Shown piece by piece: positions 1 through 10,106 of a stretch of DNA of 64,000 nt. This stretch comes from an uncultured cyanobacterium. GTDB lineage: Bacteria > Cyanobacteriota > Cyanobacteriia > Cyanobacteriales > Microcystaceae. Positions within the stretch are counted from its first letter, which is position 1, and each line of letters opens with the position of its first letter. Where the stretch lies: assembly GCA_963807635.1 (NCBI GenBank), contig CAWEDJ010000098.1, positions 1 through 64,000 of the forward strand, in the 5' to 3' direction. Below the pieces are notes generated by a model. The model was given only the letters and a program-made list of their open reading frames with translations. It did no database searches and had not been told where the DNA came from. Both the position numbers and the translations under genes were made by a program.

Positions 1-1062
1 AGCAATTTCCGATCAAACGCACCACGAAAAAGCTATCTCAAAGGCTCAAAGTAGAGACCACAATGTTGGAACCAATCAAGAGCATTTTCATCAGTAATGG
101 TATTGATCGCATTAGTAATAGCTTCGTCAAGAGCCTCGATTGTTCGAGCTTTAGCAGAGCGAATAATTTCTTTTAATTTAGACCAACACAACTCAATTGG
201 TGATAAATCTGGCGAATAGGAAGGTAAAAATTTAACCTTGGCTCCAACAGATTCAATCAGATTTGTAGTGACGGTAGCGTAATGTACAGACAAATTATCC
301 ATCACGACAATTGCCCCTGCCCATAACTGAGGTAATAATACTTGCTCAATAAAGACTAAAAAACTATCGGTATTTAGACTGCCAGGAAAGGTCATTGAGG
401 CAATCAAACCTTCATCACTCATCGCCCCAATTAAAGTGATGTTTTGTCCTTTATTTCCTGGACGCTCATCATAAACCCTTTCTCCTCCCAGACAACGCGC
501 ATAGAGTCTTACCATCGCTAGATTAAGACCCGTCTCATCAATGAATATCAGGTTTCTTATATCTATCGTCTCTAGCCAACGTCTAAATTCATAACGCGAT
601 TCTTTAACCTTTTCTGTGCCTTGCTCACTTGCTACTAATGTTTTTTTTTTACGCCCTAATTCTAAACGTGTAAGAGTTCGACTTACCCCCGATATACTTA
701 CTTCTATTCCTTTCTCTTGTTGCAATTTTTCTTGGATTTCTCGTAAATATATATCATTTTGTTCTGCAACTATTTTTTTTAATAATTCTTCGTCTTCACC
801 CTTTATCTTTGAACGGCGATCTCCCCCTTGGGGTTTGGGTGCTATTTCATTTGTTTGTCGATACCGACGTAAAAAATCGCGAACGAAAGATAAGCTAACC
901 TTAAATCGTTTTGCTAAACCTCTTTGAGTATTTTCTTGGTTTTGCCATGCCGTTAGTATTCTTTGGCGTAAATCTAGCGAATATGCTGCCATATCTCATT
1001 AATTTTTTTAAGTTTTTTTCATGTTACCATACTTGTAGCGGGTTTGAACGAAATTTGCTGTA
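1..1062 (-). mobile_element. IS630-family insertion sequence (left end clipped by the window edge)
   Basis: Imperfect terminal inverted repeats: 1-25 agcaatttccgatcaaacgcaccac versus reverse complement of 1035-1060 cagcaaatttcgttcaaacccgctac. TA follows at 1061-1062. Encloses an IS630 transposase. Confidence 0.85.
33..992 (-). CDS. IS630-family transposase
   Basis: N-terminal 'AYSLDLRQRI' HTH, DDE motifs 'FIDETG', 'VMDNLSVH', 'LPSYSPDLSPIE'. Single frame through an A10 run. Confidence 0.95.
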   Translation of the reverse strand: MAAYSLDLRQRILTAWQNQENTQRGLAKRFKVSLSFVRDFLRRYRQTNEIAPKPQGGDRRSKIKGEDEELLKKIVAEQNDIYLREIQEKLQQEKGIEVSISGVSRTLTRLELGRKKKTLVASEQGTEKVKESRYEFRRWLETIDIRNLIFIDETGLNLAMVRLYARCLGGERVYDERPGNKGQNITLIGAMSDEGLIASMTFPGSLNTDSFLVFIEQVLLPQLWAGAIVVMDNLSVHYATVTTNLIESVGAKVKFLPSYSPDLSPIELCWSKLKEIIRSAKARTIEALDEAITNAINTITDENALDWFQHCGLYFEPLR

Positions 1063-1232
1063 ATCTCAGTATTTTTTATGCACAAGTTGAACCAAAAACC
1101 TCTATTGCTCTCGCAGAAGAATCTCTAGAAATTATCAAACAATTTCCCGAATCGCCAAGCGTTCAACAATATGCCGAGAAAGCCCGCGCAGTTTTACAGG
1201 CAATATCAGATTTACAGGCAATATCAGAATGA
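1061..1232 (+). pseudogene. 3' remnant of a gene (probably a TPR-repeat protein) cut by the IS630 insertion
   Basis: Reading frame starts at the IS end. 'NLSIFYAQVEPKTSIALAEESLEIIKQFPESPSVQQYAEKARAVLQ' resembles helical C-termini of TPR proteins. The track ORF start lies inside the IS inverted repeat. Confidence 0.5.
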
Positions 1233-1266
1233 TGATTCAGACCAGGCGATCAGCCAAAATATCCTG

Positions 1267-1289
1267 GTAGGGGTTTGGTTGCCAAATCC
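1267..1289 (+). repeat. GTAG-type REP-like hairpin
   Basis: gtag + gggtttgg-ttg-ccaaatcc stem-loop. Confidence 0.45.
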
Positions 1290-1339
1290 AGAGACTTTGC
1301 AAATGACAGACCCTTGATTCTAGCTATAATTGATAAACC

Positions 1340-1624
1340 AAATCACAATAAACTCTTATAACAACAAGCCTTAGCCTTAATCAAACCTTTGAGCAACTTT
1401 GTCAACAGGCGATCGCAACTCGGCAACCCGTAGAAATTCAACAGGAAGGGCGCGAAAGTCTTTCTTTAATTCCTACCGCCGAACTTAATAGCCTCCTAGA
1501 AACCGCTTATTTGTTTAGTTCCCAGGAAAATGCCGATCGCCTTCTTGATTCTCTTAAACGCGCTAAAGCCAGAAGCAATCAACCCCAAACCTTAGAAAAC
1601 CTACGCCTTCATTACAATCCTTAA
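1340..1624 (+). pseudogene. Phd/YefM-family antitoxin, 5' end disrupted
   Basis: Manual translation gives NQTFEQLCQQAIATRQPVEIQQEGRESLSLIPTAELNSLLETAYLFSSQENADRLLDSLKRAK...HYNP*. 'ETAYL..S..NA.RL' is typical of YefM. No in-frame ATG (TAA upstream). Start coordinate is approximate. Confidence 0.75.
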
Positions 1625-1638
1625 AATTATTATTTTTA

Positions 1639-1713
1639 AAACGCGATCTTCTAGCTTATCAACTCTATGGCCTCACTGAAGCAGAAATTGTTATCATCGA
1701 GAACTTCCAATAA
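1639..1713 (+). repeat. Copy 1 of a decayed type IIG (Eco57I-like) R-M C-terminal tail
   Basis: Translates KRDLLAYQLYGLTEAEIVIIENFQ*. 55/69 nt identical to 2338-2406 by manual alignment. Confidence 0.7.
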
Positions 1714-1729
1714 AGTAAAATATTCAAGT

Positions 1730-1990
1730 ATGCCTGAAATTAGCCGTTTTTTTGGAATCATTATTACGATTAACTACAATGATCATAATCCTCCTCATTT
1801 TCATGTTCGCTATAGTAATCAAAAAGCCCTGATAAGTATTGAAAATCTCAATATTATGGAAGGGAAATTAACCCCTAGAGTGCTTGGATTAGTGATTGAG
1901 TGAGCCACCTTAAATCGAACACAATTACGAACTAACTGGGAACTTGCGAAACAACAACAACCTTTACAAAAAATTTTACCCTTAGAATAA
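1730..1990 (+). pseudogene. DUF4160-family putative toxin with in-frame TGA at 1901-1903
   Basis: MPEISRFFGIIITINYNDHNPPHFHVRY...LVIE*ATLNRTQLRTNWELAKQQQPLQKILPLE*. The TGA sits where the family normally has Trp (VIEWA). Confidence 0.8.
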
Positions 1991-1992
1991 TC

Positions 1993-2280
1993 ATGCTAAA
2001 AGACATTATTGCTGTTAAAGCTCTCGACAATTATCAACTTTATTTACGCTTTGAAGATAATCAAGAAGGCATTATTAATATTCAACAACAAATTGAATTT
2101 AATGGCGTATTTGAACCCCTTAGAAATCCTGAATATTTTGCTCAAGTGGTCGTTAATTCTGAACTTGGAACCATTCAATGGCCAAACGGAGCCGATCTTG
2201 ATCCTGATGTATTATACAGTTTGATTACTGCTCAACCTCTTCCTCAATTCTCTAGTAATACTAATACTTATTTTGTTTAA
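1993..2280 (+). CDS. DUF2442-family putative antitoxin
   Basis: 'YQLYLRFED...GTIQWPNGADLDPDVLY' motif. Starts 2 nt after the DUF4160 gene. Confidence 0.85.
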   Translation: MLKDIIAVKALDNYQLYLRFEDNQEGIINIQQQIEFNGVFEPLRNPEYFAQVVVNSELGTIQWPNGADLDPDVLYSLITAQPLPQFSSNTNTYFV

Positions 2281-2406
2281 ATAAAACTCAGCAATAGTGA
2301 TCATAATATAGACAAAACTACTTTGGAAAAAGAAAACGATCGCCTAATTTATAAACTGTACGGCCTCACTAAAGAAGAAATTGCTATCATCGAAAGCTCC
2401 CAATAG
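2281..2406 (+). repeat. Copy 2 of a decayed type IIG R-M C-terminal tail
   Basis: Translates IKLSNSDHNIDKTTLEKENDRLIYKLYGLTKEEIAIIESSQ* with no start codon. Confidence 0.7.
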
Positions 2407-2457
2407 TCTAAATTTATAGACAATTCAACTATAAATAACCTCTTAAAACTATGACAA

Positions 2458-3573
<1,116 letters not shown>

Positions 3574-3667
3574 TTAGGTATTGAATCAATAGGGTGATTT
3601 CTTAAAAAAATATTTTAGACAGCCCAATTCCTAGACCGTCTAAAACATCTAGATGGATAAGCCAATC

Positions 3668-5763
3668 TTAGTCAACAGAAGGCTTTTCAGAGGTAGGCAG
3701 ATCCCAATTATCAAAGGAGATCGTATCATCCCCAAATAAGTCTTCCAATCCCTCAGTACTCGCTTTCGGCGTTTGGCTCTCTACCGAATCAAATAGCTCA
3801 TTGATGTCGGATGGAGCAGAATCATCGGGAGTAAATAAATCTCCGAATAAATCATCGGATTCGCTCGATCCTAAGCGACTGAGATTATCATCATCAGTTT
3901 TGAGCATTTCTAAAAACTCAAGATCGGATTTTTCAGCTTCCGAGTCAAAAAAATTGATGAAAGGAAGATTCTCTTCACCTGCCAGAGTTTCGGGCATATT
4001 GGCTAAATCTTCAGTTTCTGGCGGAAACATATCCAAAAGCTGGAGATCATCTTTTAGGGTCTCTTCCCCCAAAAAATCAGGTAAAGCGGGATCTTCCGTG
4101 TCCATAAAGGAAGAAAGCTCTTCAGATTCATCTAAGGATGGTTCCTCTGTTTGCAACATAGAGAGAAAGTCTAGTTCAGAGTCCGTAGAGGTCTCTGACA
4201 GAGCATCTTCATTTTCAAAGGAAGGCAATACTGCTTCTGCGGATGAATCAAAACCTTCGCTCAAATCAAAAGAGGTATCAGGTAAATCAAAAGAAGTATC
4301 AGGGGTTTCAACCGTTTCCTCTAGGGACTGAATCGGTTCTTCTAATAGTTGGGGGGCTCGGGCTCTGTCCAACTGGCTAATTCAGTTTCGCCCAAAAGAG
4401 CGTCTTCTAACGGGGTATCAGCCCAATTTTCTTCGGAAGTTTCTTCGGGGATTTCCAAGGAAGATTCGGCAACGAGTTCTTCGGTAATTTCTTCAGAAAC
4501 AGGTGCGGGTTCGGCATTTGTCCAACTGGATAAATCAGCTCCATCCAGAAGATCTTCTCCCAAGGAAGCATCAGCCCAATTTTCGTCGAGAGTTTCTTCG
4601 GGGATTTCAAAGGGAGATTCGGCAACGAGTTCTTCGGTGATTTCTTCAGAAACAGGCGCGGGTTCGTCATTTGTCCAACTGGATAAATCAGCTCCATCCA
4701 GCAGATCTTCTCCCAAAGAAGCATCGGCCCAATTTTCTTCGGGAGTTTCTTCAGGGATTTCAAAAGGGGATTCGGATTCTTCGCTGACTTCTTCAACGGC
4801 GGGGGCGGTTTCTGTCCAGCCCATCATTTCAGATTCGATCGCAACTTCTTCTGCTAGGGGTTGATCGGCCCAATTGTCTTCAGGAGTTTCATCGGGTATT
4901 TCAAAGGGAGATTCGGCAACTAGTTCTTCAGTAATTTCTTCAGAAACTGGTGCGGGTTCTGTCCAACCCATGAGTTCAGATTCTGTCGCAACTTCTTCTG
5001 CTAGGGGTTGATCGGCCCAATTTTCTGTGGGTGTTTCTTCACTGACTTCAAAGGGAGATTCGGCAACGCTTTCTTCACTGATTTCTTCTATAACGGGGGG
5101 TTCTTCTACAACGGGAGTTTCTTCGTCTTCTCGATTAAGAAAATTAGAGGTTGCCCAGCCCGCTAAACCTGCGGCCCCTGCGATCGCGGCGGCTCCCATT
5201 GCGGCTCCTGGCCAACCACTGGATTCAGTTGTTTCGGGAGGAGTCGGAGAGGAAGTATCAAACCCTTGAACGGGAGGAGTTTGTTGAAGTTCTTCTAGGG
5301 TTTGTTGATGGGATTGTTGTAATTCTCGGATTTGAGCTTGGTAGGATTGCTCGATCGCCTGTTTTTCGTTGTGATGATTGGCTTGCAATTCCTGAATTTG
5401 AGCTTGATAGGATTGCTCAATTTGTCTAATGCGGTCTTGAGAATCGGCGAGGGCGGCAGGATTACCCTGAAGTTTTTCGACTTCTTGTAATTGCAATTCA
5501 TAGGACTCCTCTAAATTACGGAGTTGACCCTGATAGGAAGCCTCGACGGATTGGAGTTGTTGGCGAGCATTTTGGAGTTCTTGGGTGTGGATGGACTGTT
5601 GCGATCGCAGAGATTCAGTGTCTTCAAGGGCCCGATTCGCCCGTTCTAGTTTTTTTTCTGAGCTTTCAAGTTTACGCTGGATCTGCTGTAATTTATTTTG
5701 AAAAAAGAAATAAGCAATCGCACCGCCGATTAATAGACCAATTAGTCCGAATATAAATGGCAT
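3668..5763 (-). CDS. Membrane-anchored coiled-coil protein with long acidic repeat tail; split by one frameshift near 4350
   Basis: N-terminal TM helix, Gln/Glu coiled coil, acidic repeats. ORFs 4342-5763 and 3668-4372 overlap at a G6 run and share composition. Confidence 0.7.
4375..5075 (-). repeat. Intragenic tandem repeats of about 150 bp (~50 aa)
   Basis: ccaactggataaatcagctccatccag recurs 153 bp apart (4522, 4675). Protein unit 'EEITEELVAESPFEIPEET..ENWAD..L.E......WT' occurs about 5 times. Confidence 0.9.
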
Positions 5764-6008
5764 AAAAAAAAGTCTCCAGATGTCTCCAAAATGATAATTA
5801 AAAATGACGATAAACCTAATATGCCCAAAAACTAAAATTAAGTTAGCATCAGTTACTGTCTATTTTCTATATTTTGTCCAGATTTTAGATAAAATATTAG
5901 AAATATTTAACAAAATCTTTATTTTTAGTTAAGGCAATTTAAGAACAGAATACCAGAAACGTCCACGATTTTTGAGAATTTAATGACATTAACTCTCGAA
6001 ATTTATTC

Positions 6009-6941
6009 TTAGGATTGGCTTTCTCGGTACGCGGCATAAACCCCCTGAACGTTATACCAATTTAGAAAAATGCGGGCAATTTCTAAGGCTAATTGAGGTT
6101 TTTTGCGGTTAATCAACCATTGTAAAAGAGGAGCTAAGGTTCGTTCATTGAGGGTTCCTCCGAGGGAAAGTAGCCCCCATAATACCCGATGTAGCCAAGT
6201 CATTTGTATCATCAAACGCACTTCCCAGGTGGGATGTTTCTGATAAAACAAGACCCCCATCCGTCCTCGTTGGATTTCTTGATCGATTAATTTGGGAATT
6301 TGTTCTAGGGTAAAGGGAGGATGCCAATGATAACCAACGGCGGCGGGACATTTGACGAGCTTTAGTCCTAATTCTTTTAATCTAACGCCTAATTCCAAGT
6401 CTTCCCAGCCATAAAGCTGAAAACGAGTATCAAATAATCCTGCTTGTTCTAGCCATTTTTTAGCGATCGCCACATTACCCGTTGCAAAATAGGCTGCCGA
6501 AAAATCGGTAATTTTATAGGGTTCCGCCGTCGGATTTTCAAAATTACAGGTATTAATCACCGCTCCGTAGGTAAAGAGGCGATCGCTATTGAGAGCTTTT
6601 TCTTCTGTTTTCAAAGCCGTTGCATGGGACTGTAAAAACTGCTCCGTCACCACGAGATCGCTATCAATAAAAATGATCGTATCGCCCTTGGCCTGCTGAA
6701 CGCCCAAATTTCGAGCCGCCGAAGGGCCTTGATGATTTTGTTCATAGGAAACAACATGGGGAAATTCTGCTTGATGGGTTTTCAGCCAGGTCAACGTTCC
6801 ATCAGTGGAGCCATCATCAACCACAACGACTTCATAATTTTCGACCGTGCGATCGGTTAACCGTTGATTCTCTAAGGCTCTAAGGCATTTTTCTAAAATG
6901 GGCTGACGATTATAGGTGGGAATGACGATGCTAAAAAACAT
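6009..6941 (-). CDS. GT2-family glycosyltransferase
   Basis: 'SIVIPTYNR', 'VVDDGSTDGT', 'FIDSD', 'GWEDLELG'. Confidence 0.92.
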   Translation of the reverse strand: MFFSIVIPTYNRQPILEKCLRALENQRLTDRTVENYEVVVVDDGSTDGTLTWLKTHQAEFPHVVSYEQNHQGPSAARNLGVQQAKGDTIIFIDSDLVVTEQFLQSHATALKTEEKALNSDRLFTYGAVINTCNFENPTAEPYKITDFSAAYFATGNVAIAKKWLEQAGLFDTRFQLYGWEDLELGVRLKELGLKLVKCPAAVGYHWHPPFTLEQIPKLIDQEIQRGRMGVLFYQKHPTWEVRLMIQMTWLHRVLWGLLSLGGTLNERTLAPLLQWLINRKKPQLALEIARIFLNWYNVQGVYAAYRESQS

Positions 6942-7020
6942 TTGCCGTTTAAAACTAGGTCAAAACCATCTTACTCTGTAAAAATCCTAATCACACAAAA
7001 CTAAAAACATGGTGGCATTC

Positions 7021-7074
7021 ATACAAGTGAAGCATGACCAAAGATCGATTAACAAGGGGCTTAAGCCCCTTGCC
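7021..7074. repeat. Dispersed repeat with perfect palindrome CAAGGGGCTTAAGCCCCTTG (copy 1)
   Basis: 46/54 nt identical to 23155-23208. Confidence 0.85.
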
Positions 7075-7093
7075 TGTAGCTCATACGCTGTAT

Positions 7094-7894
7094 TTAGAAT
7101 CGAATTTGTTCTAACAATTGGTAAATCGCGGGCGCGTCCTGGGCATTGGGGGACAGTTTCAAATAGGTTTCTAGATCCACAATGGCGTGTTCCCCGTCTC
7201 CCATTTGATAATAAAGTAAACCGCGATCGCGTAGCTCTGTTTCCGAGTCTGGCAAGAGAATTAACAATGAATTAATCACTTGAAGGGCTTTTTCATAGTT
7301 ATTATTATTAACATAAATAAATTTTAAATTCGTGAGCATTCGGACTAAAATTTGTCGATTACTAATGGGGGCTAAAAAAGCGGGATCTAATTTTACAGGC
7401 TGTTGATAAACTTGTTGTAATCGCGTTTCACAATCCTCTGGAAATAAAATTTCTCCCTGATTAAAGGCATCGACAAAAATTCCTGCCTCTTCAAAGTTGG
7501 GACGAATTAAAAAATGTCCAGGCATCCCAATTCCCACCATTGGAAAATTCAGGCGTTGGGCAATTTCTAAATAAAGAATTGATAAACTAATGGGAATTCC
7601 CAATTTGCGGTCTAGGACTTCATTCAAATAACTATTACGGGGATCGTAATAATCACGAGTATTACCTGTAAATCTTAATTCTTCAAATAAATATTGATTA
7701 ATCGTTTGAATGATTTTTAACGGATAGGAATTATCAGGAAGTCTATCTCGTAAAACAGACGTGATCGCATCCAATTGATTTAGATAAATATCAGGATTAA
7801 GCTCAGGATATTGAGTCTGGGCAAAAAATAAATTCGCTTTAGCCAAACTAATTTGATCATCGGGTTGATTAACCTCTAAAACAAACAACCTCAT
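7094..7894 (-). CDS. SirB1 / transglutaminase-like core + TPR protein
   Basis: 'F.GN..DYYDPRNSYLNEVLDRKLGIPISLS', 'PGHFL', C-terminal TPR. Start placed at the TGATG overlap with the upstream gene. Confidence 0.88.
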   Translation of the reverse strand: MRLFVLEVNQPDDQISLAKANLFFAQTQYPELNPDIYLNQLDAITSVLRDRLPDNSYPLKIIQTINQYLFEELRFTGNTRDYYDPRNSYLNEVLDRKLGIPISLSILYLEIAQRLNFPMVGIGMPGHFLIRPNFEEAGIFVDAFNQGEILFPEDCETRLQQVYQQPVKLDPAFLAPISNRQILVRMLTNLKFIYVNNNNYEKALQVINSLLILLPDSETELRDRGLLYYQMGDGEHAIVDLETYLKLSPNAQDAPAIYQLLEQIRF

Positions 7895-9429
7895 CAATAA
7901 TCTCCTCCTGAGCCATACTGCCAAGCTTCTAGATAACGTTGATAATAATAATGTTGCTGTGGACTCAATTTTTTTGTCCAGGGTTCCAAAGATTTCCCCA
8001 AGGGATAAAGACCACTATAGACTGCGAGATTCAAATAATGAAAACTCCAATCAATTAAAGGATTTAAACCCACCTGGGGTAAAAGGGGTAATACTAAGCC
8101 TGGATTGACTAGAGGTAAGGTTTTAGACAAAGCCGAAAATTGAATAACATCCTGTAAAAACGGTTTTAAAACATCATCTCCTAATCTATCCATGACTTGA
8201 AAAACTCCACTCATTAAATCATTAATCTGATTAGGTTTATAGGTTTGATTCATGCCCACACTCATAGTTTTTTGAAATAACCAAGTGACAGAAATATTGG
8301 GTTGATAGGGTTGGAGTAACGCTAATTCTTTAGGATTTAAACTATCACTGTTTAACGCCTCATCAATGCCCTCTGTTAATCGCTTTAAATGTCTAACCAT
8401 CGCCCCAAATCCTCCAAAACTGACAGGAGATTGTCCGCCCGCACTGTCTCCGATCGCCAATAACCGAGCATAGGGAATTTTTAAAGGACTGTTTCGGTAA
8501 GCAGGAAAGAATCCCCAGAGAAATCGTTCAAATTTAAGCTGTTCTAATTCGCAGTTTTGATAGGTTGGCAATAATCTGAGATACTCTTCCATGAAAAATT
8601 CTAAACTAAAGCGATCGCGGTGAGTATCGAGATAGGTAAATAAATAGGTTGTGCGTCCATCCCTGGCAGGAAAAGCTTCCCAAAAATATTGACATTGATT
8701 TAAAATAGGCGTAACTGTCGCGATCAAATCTCCTGTTTCATTTTGGGGATAATTTTTAGCACAACTGCCCACCACTAAACAAACACCGTCGGGTTTTTGT
8801 GTGCCACGAATTTGTTGAACAATGGGGGAAAAATGACCCATTCCATCAATTAGTAAACGACTGGTTAATTTGGCTGTTCCGATATCAATCACGACTCCAT
8901 CGGGACAAATTGTTGCACTTTTAAAAGTTGTATTTTCTAATAATTTACCCCCTGAATCTAGAAATTTTTGTTTTAAGATTTCTAATAAATAGATCGGATC
9001 AACGCCAATATTTAAAACATCTTTTACCCACAATTCGTATCCTTCAAAAAAACTAATTCTGGCGGGATTATATTCCGTTGCGATCGCCTGCTCCAGTTCT
9101 GCTTCTGTTAATAAATCTAATGCTAGAAATACTGTTAATTCATGACGAGAAATATTCCATTCCTGTTCTCTACCTCGTAAAATCCCCCGTTCAATGAGAG
9201 CAACTTTCCAGCCTTTTTTTTGTAGAGCGGTTGCTAGTAAAATTCCTAACGTTCCTCCACAAAAGACCAGATCAAACTCTAGATTGCCCAAATTTTCTGA
9301 AGATTGATTAATTACCGTTGATGGTGTAGAACTTTCATGGCGTAAATCATACCAACGCCGATCCATTTGGCGCAGGTTTGCGAGGGAATTTTTTTGAAGT
9401 TGGGAAAGAAATATTTCGGTTAAGGTCAT
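7894..9429 (-). CDS. cruP: CruA/CruP-family FAD-dependent protein, CruP-sized
   Basis: 'GGTLG', 'REQEWNISR', 'GDSAGGQSPVSFGGFG', C-terminal 'WQYGSGGDY'. About 511 aa from MTLTE. Confidence 0.75.
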   Translation of the reverse strand: MTLTEIFLSQLQKNSLANLRQMDRRWYDLRHESSTPSTVINQSSENLGNLEFDLVFCGGTLGILLATALQKKGWKVALIERGILRGREQEWNISRHELTVFLALDLLTEAELEQAIATEYNPARISFFEGYELWVKDVLNIGVDPIYLLEILKQKFLDSGGKLLENTTFKSATICPDGVVIDIGTAKLTSRLLIDGMGHFSPIVQQIRGTQKPDGVCLVVGSCAKNYPQNETGDLIATVTPILNQCQYFWEAFPARDGRTTYLFTYLDTHRDRFSLEFFMEEYLRLLPTYQNCELEQLKFERFLWGFFPAYRNSPLKIPYARLLAIGDSAGGQSPVSFGGFGAMVRHLKRLTEGIDEALNSDSLNPKELALLQPYQPNISVTWLFQKTMSVGMNQTYKPNQINDLMSGVFQVMDRLGDDVLKPFLQDVIQFSALSKTLPLVNPGLVLPLLPQVGLNPLIDWSFHYLNLAVYSGLYPLGKSLEPWTKKLSPQQHYYYQRYLEAWQYGSGGDY

Positions 9430-9571
9430 TTTAAAAATAATTTCAGGAATGTGTAAGTAATTATTATTGGATGAAAACAGTATCAGCAAAGAGAATTTCG
9501 CATAATTACCCATTTATAACAGGAGTCAATTCCCTCTGGGGATAATGCTGAATATTTTTTTTCCAAAATGC

Positions 9572-9606
9572 AAAAAACAGGGGGAGTTTACGGAACTAGC
9601 CCCTGA
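9572..9606 (-). terminator. Probable intrinsic terminator
   Basis: caggggg...cccctg stem with adjacent A-run (U-tract on minus strand), downstream of 9630-9872. Confidence 0.5.
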
Positions 9607-9629
9607 ATATCAGTTATTTTTAGAAATTT

Positions 9630-9872
9630 CTAAGGATTAATACAAAATTGACTAATATCTAAACGGGTTTCTCCTTGACCAGGCACCCAGGCCACCCATG
9701 CACTCTCTGATTCCTGACACAACAGCAGGGCTTGATCGTCGGCGAATAGATCTTCGGCTAATAGTTGTACCCACGTTTGATCTTCTGCCTTGGGAGCTTC
9801 TCCTGTCCAATTCAGGGGGAGATAACACCATTTTGCTTGGGATTGGGAGCGATTGTTGACTAAAGCTTGCAT
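9630..9872 (-). CDS. Small conserved cyanobacterial hypothetical protein
   Basis: 'DQALLLCQESESAWVAWVPGQGE' motif, purine-rich RBS, downstream terminator. Confidence 0.75.
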   Translation of the reverse strand: MQALVNNRSQSQAKWCYLPLNWTGEAPKAEDQTWVQLLAEDLFADDQALLLCQESESAWVAWVPGQGETRLDISQFCINP

Positions 9873-9953
9873 ATTTCCCCTCTTTTGATTGCTGAATGAC
9901 TCTTTTGAGCGTGATTAACTTGAATCCAAAATGCTAAGACAAACCATACATTC

Positions 9954-9969
9954 TGTATAAAATGCTACA
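9954..9969. promoter_or_regulatory. Candidate NtcA binding site
   Basis: TGTATAAAATGCTACA matches TGTA-N8-TACA, in a divergent intergenic region. Confidence 0.55.
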
Positions 9970-10106
9970 TAAAATTTAGTGGGATCGTCAAGTCAAAGTT
10001 TCATAACTTAATGATCGCCTGGGAGTTTTCCAGAAATGAATTTCCTTCCTTCGTCTCTTGATAAAATCTCCTTATAATAAAATTACGTCCTGAACGCTAA
10101 GATTCT

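Noticed and set aside
3801..5501. Ser-rich plus-strand ORFs (3801-4331, 4349-4864, 5027-5269) and alternate-frame ORFs
   Set aside because: Shadows of the acidic repeat gene on the opposite strand or frame.
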